From NCBI RefSeq assembly GCF_004353825.1, contig NZ_SMNA01000005.1, forward strand, positions 434,001 through 498,000: a stretch of DNA of 64,000 nt, given 5' to 3'. Source of the stretch: Occultella glacieicola. GTDB taxonomy: Bacteria; Actinomycetota; Actinomycetes; Actinomycetales; Beutenbergiaceae. Both the position numbers and the translations under genes were made by a program. Under the pieces are notes generated by a model that saw only the letters and a program-made list of their open reading frames with translations, was not told where the DNA came from and ran no database searches. Shown here in pieces: positions 17,598 to 27,805 of the stretch (positions within the stretch are counted from its first letter, which is position 1; each line of letters opens with the position of its first letter).

Positions 17598-18587
17598 ATG
17601 CCCAAGATGGATGCCATCACGACCTATGTCGACCACATCTTCCGTAGCCTGCCGCCGACCGCCGAGGTGGCGCGTGCTCGGTCCGAGCTCCTGCAGATGA
17701 GCGAGGACCGTTACCGCGAGCTGCTCGCCGAGGGGGTCAGCGAGCACGAGGCCGTGGGCCGGGTCATCACCCAGTTCGGCAACCTCGACGAACTGGCCGA
17801 CGATCTCGGCATCCGCAGCGAGCTCGACCGGGCGGGTCGCCCGGACGCGCCGATCGACCTCTCCCACGGGGAGGCCGAGCGGTACCTCGCCGTCCGCCGC
17901 CGGGGTGCCTGGCTCGTGTCGGGGGGCGTCCTCGTGATCCTGCTCGGCATCGCGCAGCTCGTCCTGTTCAGCGACGGCGCCGGGTCGGACCCCCACCCGC
18001 TGTCACTGGTGGCGTTCTTCGTGGCGATCGCGGGGGCGGTGGCGGGCTTCATCGTGGCCGGGGCGTCGATGTCGCGCTACGACCGGCTCAAGGACAAGGA
18101 GCTGCGGCTGGAGCCCCAGGTCGCCGCCGCCTACCGCGAGCAGCGCGAGCGGGAACAGACCTCGTTCGTGGTGAAGATCGCGGCCGGTGTCGCTGTGATC
18201 ATCCTCTCGGTCGCGATCCCCGCGACGCTCGACACGATGTACCCGGACTCGGAGCCCGTCACGAACCTGGCCGTCGCGGCCATGCTGGTGGCCATCGGGC
18301 TCGCCGTCGCGCTGCTGATCGAGGCCGGGTTGCGCCGCGGCGCGCTCGACCGGCTCACCGCCGAGGGCGACTACGCGCCGGAGAAGCGGGCGTCGAACTC
18401 GCTCACCGGACGCATCGCCGGTCCGTACTGGATCGTCGCGGCGGCGGTGTTCCTCGCCTGGAGCTTCATCGGAAACGCCTGGGACCGCTCCTGGCTCGTC
18501 TGGCCGGTCGCCGGGGTGCTGTTCGCGGCCGTAGCGGTCGGCATCGAGTCGTTCACGCCGAAGGAGAGGTCCGACGGCGGCCGTTGA
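17598..18587 (+). CDS. membrane protein with 'permease prefix 1'-type N-terminal domain
   Basis: ITTYVDHIF...ELL..EDRY.EL..EG.SE.EA...VI..FGNLDEL followed by about 6 TM helices; usual PadR partner. Confidence 0.82.
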   Translation: MPKMDAITTYVDHIFRSLPPTAEVARARSELLQMSEDRYRELLAEGVSEHEAVGRVITQFGNLDELADDLGIRSELDRAGRPDAPIDLSHGEAERYLAVRRRGAWLVSGGVLVILLGIAQLVLFSDGAGSDPHPLSLVAFFVAIAGAVAGFIVAGASMSRYDRLKDKELRLEPQVAAAYREQREREQTSFVVKIAAGVAVIILSVAIPATLDTMYPDSEPVTNLAVAAMLVAIGLAVALLIEAGLRRGALDRLTAEGDYAPEKRASNSLTGRIAGPYWIVAAAVFLAWSFIGNAWDRSWLVWPVAGVLFAAVAVGIESFTPKERSDGGR

Positions 18588-19436
18588 GCCCCGTAGGCAC
18601 GGTCCGATTGGCGGGGCGGTCACCGGGTGGCGCCGCGGGCGTCCGGGCCACCGCGACGAGCAGCGCCGCCGCGATGCCGAGCACGCCGACGAGGAAGCAG
18701 AGACCTCCGGCGAGCGCCGTGAACGGGAGCAGGGACAGCGCCACGTTCCCGGCGTAGTGCATCACGACGGCCGCGGGCACCCCGCCGCGCAGCCGCTCGC
18801 TGATGAACCAGTACGTCAGCGACATCGGCACCATCGAGACGAGGAAGCCCAGCCCCTCCACCGGGCCGAGCGTCGACTGCCAGGTCCCGGTGAGCAGGAA
18901 CAGCGGCAGGTGCCAGAGCGCCCACACGGTGCCGAGCACACCGGCGGTGGCGACCGGCGAGAGCCGGACCCGCAGCCGCGGCTGGAGGTAGCCGCGCCAG
19001 CCGAACTCCTCGGCGAGCGGACCGGCCACGGTGGCGATCAGCAGGAACTGGAGCAGCCCGGATCCGGCGAACGTGGCCGTGACGTCGTCCATGGTGAGCG
19101 CCGGGGCGCCGAACAGCGGGCCGGCCACCGCCGCGATGACCGCCGGGGCCGCTCCCAGCAGGGCCGCCGCCGGGAGCCACCGGGCGATCCGGGAGACCCT
19201 GGCCGACCTGGGGGTGCGGATGCCGCGCAGGCGCTGGACCAGCGCGGCCAGACTAGGCCCGAAGCCGCCGATCACGTACAGGACGAAGACGACGGGCGGT
19301 CGAGGTCGCCGCCGAGGGCCAGGGCACCCAGCCAGGGGGCCCAGGTGAGGGCGAAGGTGAGGGCGATGAACCCGCGGACCTTCTGCGGGGCGGGAGCGAT
19401 GCCGGCGCGGGCCGGTGCGGTGGTCGGTGTGGTCAT
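18553..19436 (-). pseudogene. CPBP (CAAX/Abi) intramembrane glutamic endopeptidase, frameshifted near 19295
   Basis: N-terminal MTTPTT...FIALTFALTWAPWLG...DLDRP is in one frame; VVFVLYVIGGFGPSLAA...EEFGWRGYL...WALWHLPLF...MHYAGN is in another. One base appears missing at CGC CCG TCG TCT. Confidence 0.75.
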
Positions 19437-19558
19437 ACCCACCAGCCAACAGGCGTGCGCCGAGCCGACCCAGGGGGCCTGCACCCGGACCGGATCCGAG
19501 GGTTGTCCCTACCGTGCCGACGGCCGCCGGCACGGTAGGAGCGGATTCCCCCCGCGGG

Positions 19559-20041
19559 TCAGGACGCGAGCACCTCGTCGAGGATGGCCTCGGCCTTCTC
19601 CTCCTCGGTGTGCTCAGCCAGGGCGAGCTCCGACACGAGGATCTGACGGGCGCGCGCCAGCATGCGCTTCTCGCCGGCGGACAGGCCGCGGTCGGCGTCG
19701 CGACGGGACAGGTCGCGGACCACCTCGGCCACCTTGATCACGTCACCCGAGGCGATCTTCTCGACGTTGGCCTTGTAGCGACGCGACCAGTTGGTCGGTT
19801 CCTCGGTGTACGGTGCGCGCAGCACCTCGAAGACCTTCTCCAGGCCCTCCTTGCCGACGACGTCGCGAACTCCGACCAGATCGACGTTCTCCGCCGGTAC
19901 CTCGATGGTCAGGTCACCCTGCGCCACCTTGAGCCGGAGATAGAGCTTCTCCTCCCCTCGGATGATCCGCTTCGAGATCTCCTCGATGAGGGCTGCACCG
20001 TGGTGCGGGTAGACGACGGTTTCGCCGACTGTGAAGGTCAT
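19559..20041 (-). CDS. carD: CarD RNA polymerase-binding transcription factor
   Basis: [17 protein letters not shown]...NWSRRYKAN...[22 protein letters not shown]. Confidence 0.97.
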   Translation of the reverse strand: MTFTVGETVVYPHHGAALIEEISKRIIRGEEKLYLRLKVAQGDLTIEVPAENVDLVGVRDVVGKEGLEKVFEVLRAPYTEEPTNWSRRYKANVEKIASGDVIKVAEVVRDLSRRDADRGLSAGEKRMLARARQILVSELALAEHTEEEKAEAILDEVLAS

Positions 20042-20305
20042 GTGCTCGCACTCCCCTTTCGCAAGACCCAAGTTTACCACGCGAAACGCGGGCAATTTCG
20101 CGGGCGTCCGACGTTTGCGCAGGTCATGGCGGTAGGCTCCGGCCACTCCGGCCCCGGCATGCGCGAGCAGGATCTTGCGGAGAATGTGAAGGCCACGCCC
20201 CCCACCGGACAGGCACTAGGCTGACGGCCAGGTCCTGAACGTCCTCGCCCTACCCGCGTCCACGCGCGCGTCCGACGGCGCGGGCATCGTCGAAAGGAGA
20301 GCCTC

Positions 20306-20788
20306 GTGGCTCGCAACTCCCGCCGCCTCGTGGCGTCCCTGCTGATGGCATCCGCCGCGGTCGTGGCCGTGAGCGCCTGCTCCCCGATCGTGACCCAGTA
20401 CGGCACCGCCCCCAGCGACGGCATCCAGGTGGAGATCGGCGACCAGATCCGCGGCGAGAACCTGCTCATCCTGTCTCCGGCCGAGGGCGCCGAGGGTGTC
20501 CTGATCGGCGCGCTGGTCAACCGGTGGGAGTCCCCGACGACGGTGAGCCTGTCGGTCGGAGAGAGCGCCGAGGCCGTCACGGTCGAGGTCGACGGCGGCT
20601 CGACGGTCCTGCTCGAGCCCGACCACGAGCATGTCACCATCGCGTCCGTGCCTGCCGCCCCGGGCGCCACGATCGACGTGATCCTCTCCTCGCCCGAGGA
20701 GGGCTCGGTCAGCGTGGCGGTGCCGGTCCTGGACGGCACCCTCGCGCCCTATGACGAACTCGTGCCCGCCGCTCCCGAGGAGGAGTGA
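20306..20788 (+). CDS. conserved actinobacterial lipoprotein divergent from carD
   Basis: Lipobox VSAC, Y..PSDG, C-terminal VPVLDGTL.PY..LVP; AAAGGAG RBS. Confidence 0.8.
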   Translation: MARNSRRLVASLLMASAAVVAVSACSPIVTQYGTAPSDGIQVEIGDQIRGENLLILSPAEGAEGVLIGALVNRWESPTTVSLSVGESAEAVTVEVDGGSTVLLEPDHEHVTIASVPAAPGATIDVILSSPEEGSVSVAVPVLDGTLAPYDELVPAAPEEE

Positions 20789-20827
20789 CCCGGCGGGCCG
20801 GATCGGACGGCCCGGCGCCCGTCGGCC

Positions 20828-21517
20828 TCAGCGCTGGTCGACGAGCTTGTAGCCCAGACCGCGCACGGTCACCAGCACCTGCGGGTTGACCGGATCCACC
20901 TCGATCTTGGCCCGGATCCGCTTGACGTGGACATCGAGGGTCTTGGTGTCCCCGACGTAGTCGGCTCCCCAGACCCGGTCGATCAGCTGACCCCGGGTGA
21001 GCACCCGGTCAGGGTTGCGCAGGAGCAGCTCGAGCAGCTCGAACTCGCGCAGCGGGAGCGCGACCTCCTCACCGTCGATGGTGACCACGTGCCGGTCGGT
21101 GTCCATCCGGATCCGGCCGACGCTGAGCACCGCCGGGGTGAGCGCGTCCATGGACTCGTTGCCACGCCGCAGCACCGCACGGATCCTGGCCAGGAGCTCC
21201 CGGAAGGAGTAGGGCTTGGTGACATAGTCGTCCGCGCCGATCTCCAGCCCGACCACCTTGTCGATCTCCCCGTCCTTGGCGGTCAGCATGATCACCGGGA
21301 CCGCGCTGCGCTGGCGCAGCTCGCGGCAGACCTCGACCCCGGACAGCCCCGGCAGCATGAGGTCGAGGAGGACCAGATCGGCGCCCGCGCGGTCGAACTC
21401 CACCAGGGCGTCGGTGCCGGTCGCGACCGGGACCACCTCGAACCCCTCGCGGGTGAGCTGGTAGGTCAGCGGTTCGCGGTAGGACTCCTCGTCCTCAACG
21501 AGCAGGATGCGGGTCAC
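20828..21517 (-). CDS. regX3: phosphate-regulon response regulator, RegX3/PhoP-type
   Basis: ILLVEDE, LLDLMLPG, GADDYVTKP, DYVGDTKTLDVHVKRIR; paired with the kinase and phoU. Confidence 0.93.
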   Translation of the reverse strand: MTRILLVEDEESYREPLTYQLTREGFEVVPVATGTDALVEFDRAGADLVLLDLMLPGLSGVEVCRELRQRSAVPVIMLTAKDGEIDKVVGLEIGADDYVTKPYSFRELLARIRAVLRRGNESMDALTPAVLSVGRIRMDTDRHVVTIDGEEVALPLREFELLELLLRNPDRVLTRGQLIDRVWGADYVGDTKTLDVHVKRIRAKIEVDPVNPQVLVTVRGLGYKLVDQR

Positions 21518-22715
21518 GGGTCTCTCCTCCTGCACCGGCCGAGGTGGGCGGTGCCTTCTCATCGCGGGACGGCGCGCCGCCGTCGCTGCTGTCGTCTGCC
21601 AGGGGAATACGCAGGGTGAACGTGGAACCGCGGCCGGGCGCGGACCAGAGGGTCACCTCGCCGCCATGGTTCTGGGCCACGTGCTTGACGATGCTCAGGC
21701 CGAGCCCGGTGCCACCGGTGTCCCGGGACCGGGCCGGGTCCACGCGGAAGAACCGTTCGAACACCCGCCCGGCGTTCTCGCTGGAGATTCCCGGGCCCTG
21801 GTCGACCACCGCGATCTCGGCGATCCCGTCGCGCGGCCGCACGCCCACGCTCACCCGGGTGCCGTTGTCCGAGTAGCGCAGGGCGTTGTCGAGCAGGTTC
21901 CGGACGGCCGTGACCAGGAGCGCATGGTCGCCGAGCACGTGCAGGCCCGTGGTGCCGCCGACGACGACCGTGATCTCGCGGGACTCCGCCTCGACCCGGA
22001 TCCGGTCCACCGCCTCGGTCACCACGCCGTCGACGGAGACGTCCACGTAGCCGACCTCGTTGTCCGGGGCCTGGAGTCTTGACAGTTCGATGATCTCCTG
22101 GACGAGGGCGGACAGCCGGACCGCCTCCCGCTGCATCTTCCCCGCGAACCGACGCACGAGTTCGGGGTCGTCGGCGGCGTCCGCGGCCGTCTCGGCGAGC
22201 AGTGCGATCGCCCCGACCGGCGTCTTCAGTTCGTGCGAGACGTTCGCCACGAAGTCCCGGCGAACCTCCTCGAGGCGACGTTGCGCCGTCTGGTCGTCGG
22301 CGAGCAGGAGGACCCGGCCGCCGGCCATCGTGGCGACCCGGACCTCGAAGGACAGCCGGTCCGCGCCCGGCACTGCCGAGCGAGGCACCTCCAGGTGCTC
22401 GTCACGGATCTGGCCGTCGGCGCGCGTGGCAGCGACGAGGTCGTTCAGCGTCGCGTGCGTGAGACGGCCGTTGCGGACCAGGCCCGTCGCATACGCGTCC
22501 GGGCTCGCGCGCAGGACCTCTCCCCCGGGCCCGAGCAGCACGGACGTCGAACGCAGTGCGGACAGCAGCGCGGCCACGTCGTAGGAGACCGCCGGCTTGG
22601 CGACCTCGGGCTCGCGGGCGTGGCTGCGCTCGCTCCATCGGAACGCCAGGGCGGCCGCGGCACCGACCAGCAGGCCGACCAGGCCCACCGCGATCAGTGC
22701 CCACGAACCGTCCAC
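21495..22715 (-). CDS. senX3: sensor histidine kinase, SenX3/PhoR-type
   Basis: RRDFVANVSHELKTPVGA, NLLDNALRYS, DQGPGI, GGTGLGLSIVKH; TAGTCT 6 nt before GTG (leaderless). Confidence 0.93.
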   Translation of the reverse strand: MDGSWALIAVGLVGLLVGAAAALAFRWSERSHAREPEVAKPAVSYDVAALLSALRSTSVLLGPGGEVLRASPDAYATGLVRNGRLTHATLNDLVAATRADGQIRDEHLEVPRSAVPGADRLSFEVRVATMAGGRVLLLADDQTAQRRLEEVRRDFVANVSHELKTPVGAIALLAETAADAADDPELVRRFAGKMQREAVRLSALVQEIIELSRLQAPDNEVGYVDVSVDGVVTEAVDRIRVEAESREITVVVGGTTGLHVLGDHALLVTAVRNLLDNALRYSDNGTRVSVGVRPRDGIAEIAVVDQGPGISSENAGRVFERFFRVDPARSRDTGGTGLGLSIVKHVAQNHGGEVTLWSAPGRGSTFTLRIPLADDSSDGGAPSRDEKAPPTSAGAGGETRDPHPAR

Positions 22716-22775
22716 AGCGCCAGACTAGGCCCCGCCATCGGGTGCCCTCGGCCGCCGGTGGCCGGGTAGCCTGTT

Positions 22776-22808
22776 GTTCACCGTGGGTGCATCGCTCGTT
22801 CACCGTGG
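22776..22808 (+). promoter_or_regulatory. PHO-box: three 11-bp direct-repeat units
   Basis: GTTCACCGTGG / GTGCATCGCTC / GTTCACCGTGG in the senX3-phoU divergent region. Confidence 0.8.
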
Positions 22809-22940
22809 CGTGGGACTCTGAGGAGTACGTGTGCGCACGTCGGGGAGTCGGGTCCACAGAGACGCGACCGCCGCGGGTACGCACGGCCAACGGTTGGAAC
22901 GGCGGGCGGTCGCCCGCAACGAGAAGAGGAGAATGATCGG

Positions 22941-23606
22941 GTGCGAGCGATCTTCGAGCAGGAACTGAGCGCGGTCGGTGAGGGCCTGCTGCAGATGAGC
23001 CGGCAGGTCCAGACGGCGGTCCGAGACGCCTCCACGGCACTCGCGGCGGCCGATCTCCAGGCGGCCGAGCAGGTCATCGCCGCCGATGACGCGATCGACC
23101 AGCTGGAACGCGAGCTCGACGACCGGTGCGTCGACCTGCTGGCCCGGCAGCAGCCGGTCGCCACGGACCTGCGGATCATCGTCTCGGGGCTGCGGATGAG
23201 TGCCTCGATCGAGCGGATGGGCGACCTCGCCCGGCACGTCGCCCAGGTGACTCGGCTCCGGTACCCGGAGCTGGCGATCCCGGAACCGGCCCGCGACCTG
23301 TTCGCGGCGATGGGGGAAGCTGCGGACAAGGCGGCCACGGACGTGGTCCGGCTGCTCGAGACGCACGACCTCGAGTTGGCGGCCGCGGTCGAGCGCGACG
23401 ACGACGTGCTCGACCACCTGCACCAGCAGACCTTCAATCTGACGCTCAGCCCGGAGTGGGCCGGCACCACCGCCCAGACCGTGGACGTGACGCTGCTGGC
23501 GCGGTTCTACGAGCGTTTCGGTGACCACGCCGTCGCCATCGCCCGCCGGATCTCCTACCTGGTGACCGGCGACCTGGAGCACCTCGGCGACTACAACAAG
23601 GCCTGA
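22941..23606 (+). CDS. phoU: phosphate signaling protein PhoU
   Basis: LLARQQPVATDLR, ERMGDLARHVA, RFYERFGDHAV. Confidence 0.96.
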   Translation: MRAIFEQELSAVGEGLLQMSRQVQTAVRDASTALAAADLQAAEQVIAADDAIDQLERELDDRCVDLLARQQPVATDLRIIVSGLRMSASIERMGDLARHVAQVTRLRYPELAIPEPARDLFAAMGEAADKAATDVVRLLETHDLELAAAVERDDDVLDHLHQQTFNLTLSPEWAGTTAQTVDVTLLARFYERFGDHAVAIARRISYLVTGDLEHLGDYNKA

Positions 23607-23613
23607 GCGCCGC

Positions 23614-23665
23614 GATCACGAAGGCCGGGCCACCCGAGTCGGGTGGCCCGGCCTTCGTCGTGATC
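23614..23665. terminator. bidirectional terminator hairpin between convergent phoU and gpmA
   Basis: GATCACGAAGGCCGGGCCACCCGA-G-TCGGGTGGCCCGGCCTTCGT..GTGATC. Confidence 0.8.
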
Positions 23666-23672
23666 GGAACGG

Positions 23673-24410
23673 TCAGCGGCCCTGATTGGCCACCGCGGCG
23701 ATCGCGTCCTTCGCGGCCTCCGGGTCGAGGTAGCGCCCACCGGGAGTGGTCGGCCTGAGGTCGTCGTCGAGCTCGTAGACGAGGGGGATCCCGGTCGGCA
23801 CGTTCAGCCCGGCGATGGTGTCGTCGTCGATGCCGTCCAGGTGCTTGATGATGGCCCGCAGCGAGTTGCCGTGGGCGGCCACGAGGACCACCTTGCCGGC
23901 GCGCAGGTCCGTGACGACGTCGCTCTCCCAGTAGGGCAGCGCGCGCTCGAGCACGTCCTTGAGGCACTCGGTGGCGGGGATCGGCTCGCCGGCGTAGCGC
24001 GGGTCCGCATCCTGGGAGAACTCCGAACCGGCTTCGATCGGCGGCGGCGGCACATCGTAGGAGCGGCGCCAGGTCATGAACTGCTCCTCGCCGAACTCGT
24101 CGCGGATCTGCTTCTTGTCCTTGCCCTGCAGCGCGCCGTAATGGCGCTCGTTCAGGCGCCAGTTCCGCTTCACCGGGATCCAGTGCCGGTCCGCCGCGTC
24201 CAGGGCCAGGTTCGCCGTCGAGATGGCCCGGCGCAGCAGCGAGGTGTGCACCACGTCCGGCAGCACACCGGCCTCGGCGAGCAGTTCCCCACCGCGGGTG
24301 GCCTCGGCGGTGCCCTTCTCGGAGAGCGGGACATCGACCCAACCGGTGAACAGGTTCTTCGCGTTCCATTCGCTCTCGCCGTGGCGGAGCAGTACCAGGG
24401 TGTACGTCAT
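23673..24410 (-). CDS. gpmA: 2,3-bisphosphoglycerate-dependent phosphoglycerate mutase
   Basis: [41 protein letters not shown]. Confidence 0.97.
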   Translation of the reverse strand: MTYTLVLLRHGESEWNAKNLFTGWVDVPLSEKGTAEATRGGELLAEAGVLPDVVHTSLLRRAISTANLALDAADRHWIPVKRNWRLNERHYGALQGKDKKQIRDEFGEEQFMTWRRSYDVPPPPIEAGSEFSQDADPRYAGEPIPATECLKDVLERALPYWESDVVTDLRAGKVVLVAAHGNSLRAIIKHLDGIDDDTIAGLNVPTGIPLVYELDDDLRPTTPGGRYLDPEAAKDAIAAVANQGR

Positions 24411-24484
24411 GGTTCCAGTCTGCCGCATCGCGGCGACCGGCCACGACCGGGTACCGCGAACCGGCGCCGGCCCGGGCGAACGCC

Positions 24485-25513
24485 TCAGACCGGCAGGATG
24501 AACATCGGGGTGGGCAGGGCCACGCTCGCCCGCACCGGGCCGATGACGCCGTCGGCGATCGGGTGGATGGCGACCTCGTCGGCACGTTCGCCGGCGACCA
24601 GGAGCTCGGATCCGACGATCTCGTGGTGACGTGGCCACGCGGCCGTGACAACCTCACCGGTGAGCTCGATGTGCGAGCCGTCCTCGGAGACGGAGAAGGT
24701 GGAGATCGCGTCCGCGCCCCGCACCCCGACCACCAGGCTGTCGCGGTGGGCGAGCAGGTGCGAGAGCTGGTGGACGTCCGCGCTGCGCCCGGGCAGGGTC
24801 GAGGCGGCCACCCGCTGGATCACCTCGCCACGGCCGCCGTCGGAGTCCCAGGCAAGCACCAGCACCTCGCCGCTGAGCTCCCCGGCCACGTACACGAAGT
24901 CGCCCGCGACCACCAGATGGCGCGGCCCGGTACCGGGCGGCAGATCGGTCAGGATCGGTTCGGGATCGGGCCGACCCATGTCGAGCGGGTAGGCCCGCAA
25001 CTGGTCGGTGCCGAGGTCCGCCACGATCAGGAACTCCCCGCCCGCGGACAGGTTCGCCGAGTGCGCGTGCGGCCCGTCCTGCCGACCGGACACCGGTCCG
25101 GACCCGGCATGCGGCAGGCTCACGACGTGGTCGGAGACATCGCCGGCCTCCGTCAGGGCGATCGCCCCGAGGCTGCCGTCGCCGTAGTTCGAGGCGTACA
25201 GCCAGTGCCCCTGGGGGTGCACGAGCAGGTGGCAGGGCCCGGCGCCGCCGCTACCGGTCACCGCGGTCCGGCGAAGCGCGCACTCGGCATCGACGGCGTA
25301 GGAGGAGACGGTCCCTGGGTCTCCCTCCCCGACCGCGAACAGCCGGTCCGCGGCCGGGTGCAGGGCGAGGAAGCTCGGGTGGTCCGCGGTCAGCATCCGC
25401 TGCGCCGTCGAGTCCGCCCAGTCGCCGCCGGCCGAGCGGTTCAGCCGCCAGATCCCGCCGGGGATCTGCGCGGTCGAGGTCGACCCGATCCACATGTGCT
25501 GGACAACAGTCAT
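24485..25513 (-). CDS. lactonase family beta-propeller (6-phosphogluconolactonase Pgl/YbhE-like)
   Basis: [47 protein letters not shown] 7 nt before ATG. Confidence 0.88.
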   Translation of the reverse strand: MTVVQHMWIGSTSTAQIPGGIWRLNRSAGGDWADSTAQRMLTADHPSFLALHPAADRLFAVGEGDPGTVSSYAVDAECALRRTAVTGSGGAGPCHLLVHPQGHWLYASNYGDGSLGAIALTEAGDVSDHVVSLPHAGSGPVSGRQDGPHAHSANLSAGGEFLIVADLGTDQLRAYPLDMGRPDPEPILTDLPPGTGPRHLVVAGDFVYVAGELSGEVLVLAWDSDGGRGEVIQRVAASTLPGRSADVHQLSHLLAHRDSLVVGVRGADAISTFSVSEDGSHIELTGEVVTAAWPRHHEIVGSELLVAGERADEVAIHPIADGVIGPVRASVALPTPMFILPV

Positions 25514-25613
25514 GGCACCCAACCTAACGGTCGGATGCCATGACGGTGGACGAGTGCGCGCGGTCCACGGATGCGATCTCGCTCACGTGATCGCGACGGC
25601 CACGACGCCCGGG

Positions 25614-25949
25614 TCAGTGGGCCTTTGCGTAGGCCTCACGGATCTCCGCGGAGACACGACCACGATCGCTCACCTGGAAGCCGTTCTCGCGGGCCCATTC
25701 ACGAATCTTTCCGGCGTCGGAAGCACCGCGCGAGGTACCGGACGAGCGACGAGCCGTCCCCGTGCTACGACGCCCACCGGAACGCCGGGCGTGTCCGATC
25801 CATGAGGCAAAGGACTCACGGATTCCCGCCGCATTCGATTCGTTCAGGTCGATCTCATACGTGACACCGTCGAGGGCGAACGTCACGGTCTCCACGGCGT
25901 CCGAACCATCGAGGTCATCGATGAGGAGGACGCGGACCTTCTGAGCCAT
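25614..25949 (-). CDS. lsr2: nucleoid-associated protein Lsr2
   Basis: MAQKVRVLLIDDLDG...TVTFALDGVTYEIDL...IREWARENG..VSDRGRV (RGR AT-hook). Confidence 0.97.
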   Translation of the reverse strand: MAQKVRVLLIDDLDGSDAVETVTFALDGVTYEIDLNESNAAGIRESFASWIGHARRSGGRRSTGTARRSSGTSRGASDAGKIREWARENGFQVSDRGRVSAEIREAYAKAH

Positions 25950-26006
25950 GTGTGTATTCCTTGCTCTCAAGAGACGGGCGAAATGCCCAACAATGCGTGC
26001 GCGCTC

Positions 26007-26036
26007 AGAATGCCACCGAGGAGAACAACCTGTCAA
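26007..26036 (-). promoter_or_regulatory. lsr2 promoter
   Basis: Minus-strand TTGACA-N18-CATTCT upstream of lsr2. Confidence 0.65.
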
Positions 26037-26060
26037 AGATCGTTGAACGTGCCACCAACG

Positions 26061-26240
26061 TCACATTTTCCCATCGCGCGATTCTCGGTCCGTCCGCGCG
26101 TCCTCTTCGGCCTCCACGCGCGCCCTGGCAATACGTTCACGACGATCCGCGTGGACCATCGCCCGAATGGCCACGATGAAGAGAAAGGCAACCCCCACCG
26201 AGGGTGCGAGTGCCGCCAGAGAATCCCAGAGTCCGCTCAT
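26061..26240 (-). CDS. 59-aa single-TM protein coupled to lysS
   Basis: [40 protein letters not shown]...; ATG overlaps the lysS stop (ATGA). Confidence 0.75.
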   Translation of the reverse strand: MSGLWDSLAALAPSVGVAFLFIVAIRAMVHADRRERIARARVEAEEDARTDRESRDGKM

Positions 26241-27796
26241 CGGGGCTTCACCAATGGGAAGGTGATGGTCTCCCGGATCCCCTGCCCGGTCAGCGCCATG
26301 AGGAGGCGGTCCACGCCCATCCCCATCCCGCCGGAGGGCGGCATGCCGTGCTCCATGGCCTGCAGGAACTCCTCGTCCACACGCATGGCCTCGACGTCGC
26401 CCCGGGCAGCGAGCTGCGCCTGCGCCTCGAAGCGCTGCCGCTGGATCACCGGGTCCACGAGCTCCGAATAGGCGGTGCCCAGTTCGAATCCACGTATATA
26501 CAGGTCCCACTTCTCCACGACGCCCTCGATCTCCCGGTGCGCACGGGTCAGCGGTGAGGTGTCCACGGGGAAGTCCCGCACGAATGTGGGGGCATACAGG
26601 TGCTGCCCCACAAAGTGCTCCCAGAGTTCCTCCGCGACCTTGCCCGGCGTCGCAATAGCGGGGTTGATCGCGACGTCCACCCTCTCCGCGAGAGCGAGCA
26701 ATTCCGATACCGGGGTCTGCGGGGTGATCCGGACACCGGCCGCCTCCGACAGCGAGAGATACAGGGACAGGTCCTGCCATTCGCCCCCGATCTCGTACTC
26801 GGTTCCGTCCGACAACGTCATGACGGTGCCGCCGAATACATCACGGGCCGCCGTCTGTACCAGTTCCCTGGTGAGGGTCGCCATCGTGTTGTAGTCGCCG
26901 TACGCCTGATAGGCCTCGAGCATGGCGAACTCCGGAGAGTGCGAGGAATCCGCCCCTTCATTTCGGAAGTTCCGATTGATCTCGAAGACGCGGTCGATGC
27001 CGCCGACCACGGCGCGCTTGAGGAATAGTTCCGGCGCGATCCGTAGATATAGGTCGATGTCGAACGCGTTCATGTGCGTCATGAACGGCCGGGCCGTCGC
27101 ACCCCCGTGCATGGTCTGCAGCATGGGCGTCTCGATCTCGATGAAGTCGCTTGCGTGCAGGGAGTCCCGCAGGGACCGCACCACTGCGGCCCGGGTGCGG
27201 ACCATGTCCCGCGCCGCCGGGCGAGAGATCAGGTCGAGATAGCGGCGCCGCACCCGCGACTCCTCCGAGGACTCCTTGTGCAGGGTGGGCAGCGGGCGGA
27301 TCGCCTTCGCGGCGATCTCCCACGAGTCGGCCATCACGGAGAGTTCTCCGCGGCGGGACGCGATCACCCGGCCGTGCGCGTAGAAGTGGTCGCCCAGATC
27401 CACGAACGCCTTGAACCTCTCGAGCGACTCCTGACCCACCTCGGCGAGTGAGACCATCACCTGCAGCCGGCTCCCGGCACCGTCCTGGAGTGTGACGAAG
27501 CACAACTTCCCGGTGTTGCGCAGGTGCACGATCCGACCCGTGACGCCCACGACATCGTCGGTCTCGGTGCCCGGCTCGAGGTTCGGGTGGGCGGCCCGCA
27601 CCCCGGCGATGCTGTCCGTGACCGGCAGCGTGACCGGGTACGGCTCGATCCCGTCGGCGAGCAGCTTCTCGCGCTTCTCCCGCCGGATCCGGACCTGCTC
27701 GGGCAGGTCGTCACCATCGGCGTCATCAGAGCCGACAGAGCCACCGATGAGGTTCGGCTCGGTCGGCACGGTGGAGGGCGGGGTCTCGTCGGTCAC
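26237..27796 (-). CDS. lysS: lysine--tRNA ligase (class II)
   Basis: [57 protein letters not shown] 6 nt before GTG. Confidence 0.98.
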   Translation of the reverse strand: MTDETPPSTVPTEPNLIGGSVGSDDADGDDLPEQVRIRREKREKLLADGIEPYPVTLPVTDSIAGVRAAHPNLEPGTETDDVVGVTGRIVHLRNTGKLCFVTLQDGAGSRLQVMVSLAEVGQESLERFKAFVDLGDHFYAHGRVIASRRGELSVMADSWEIAAKAIRPLPTLHKESSEESRVRRRYLDLISRPAARDMVRTRAAVVRSLRDSLHASDFIEIETPMLQTMHGGATARPFMTHMNAFDIDLYLRIAPELFLKRAVVGGIDRVFEINRNFRNEGADSSHSPEFAMLEAYQAYGDYNTMATLTRELVQTAARDVFGGTVMTLSDGTEYEIGGEWQDLSLYLSLSEAAGVRITPQTPVSELLALAERVDVAINPAIATPGKVAEELWEHFVGQHLYAPTFVRDFPVDTSPLTRAHREIEGVVEKWDLYIRGFELGTAYSELVDPVIQRQRFEAQAQLAARGDVEAMRVDEEFLQAMEHGMPPSGGMGMGVDRLLMALTGQGIRETITFPLVKPR

Positions 27797-27805
27797 GCCC
27801 CAATC

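Noticed and set aside
2792..19558. Genomic island or prophage
   Set aside because: No integrase, transposase, att-like repeats, tRNA target or obvious compositional shift; looks like ameliorated accessory genes.
22828..22936. uORF in the phoU leader ending 4 nt before the start
   Set aside because: No start/stop overlap and phoU has its own GAGGAG RBS; not distinguishable from chance.
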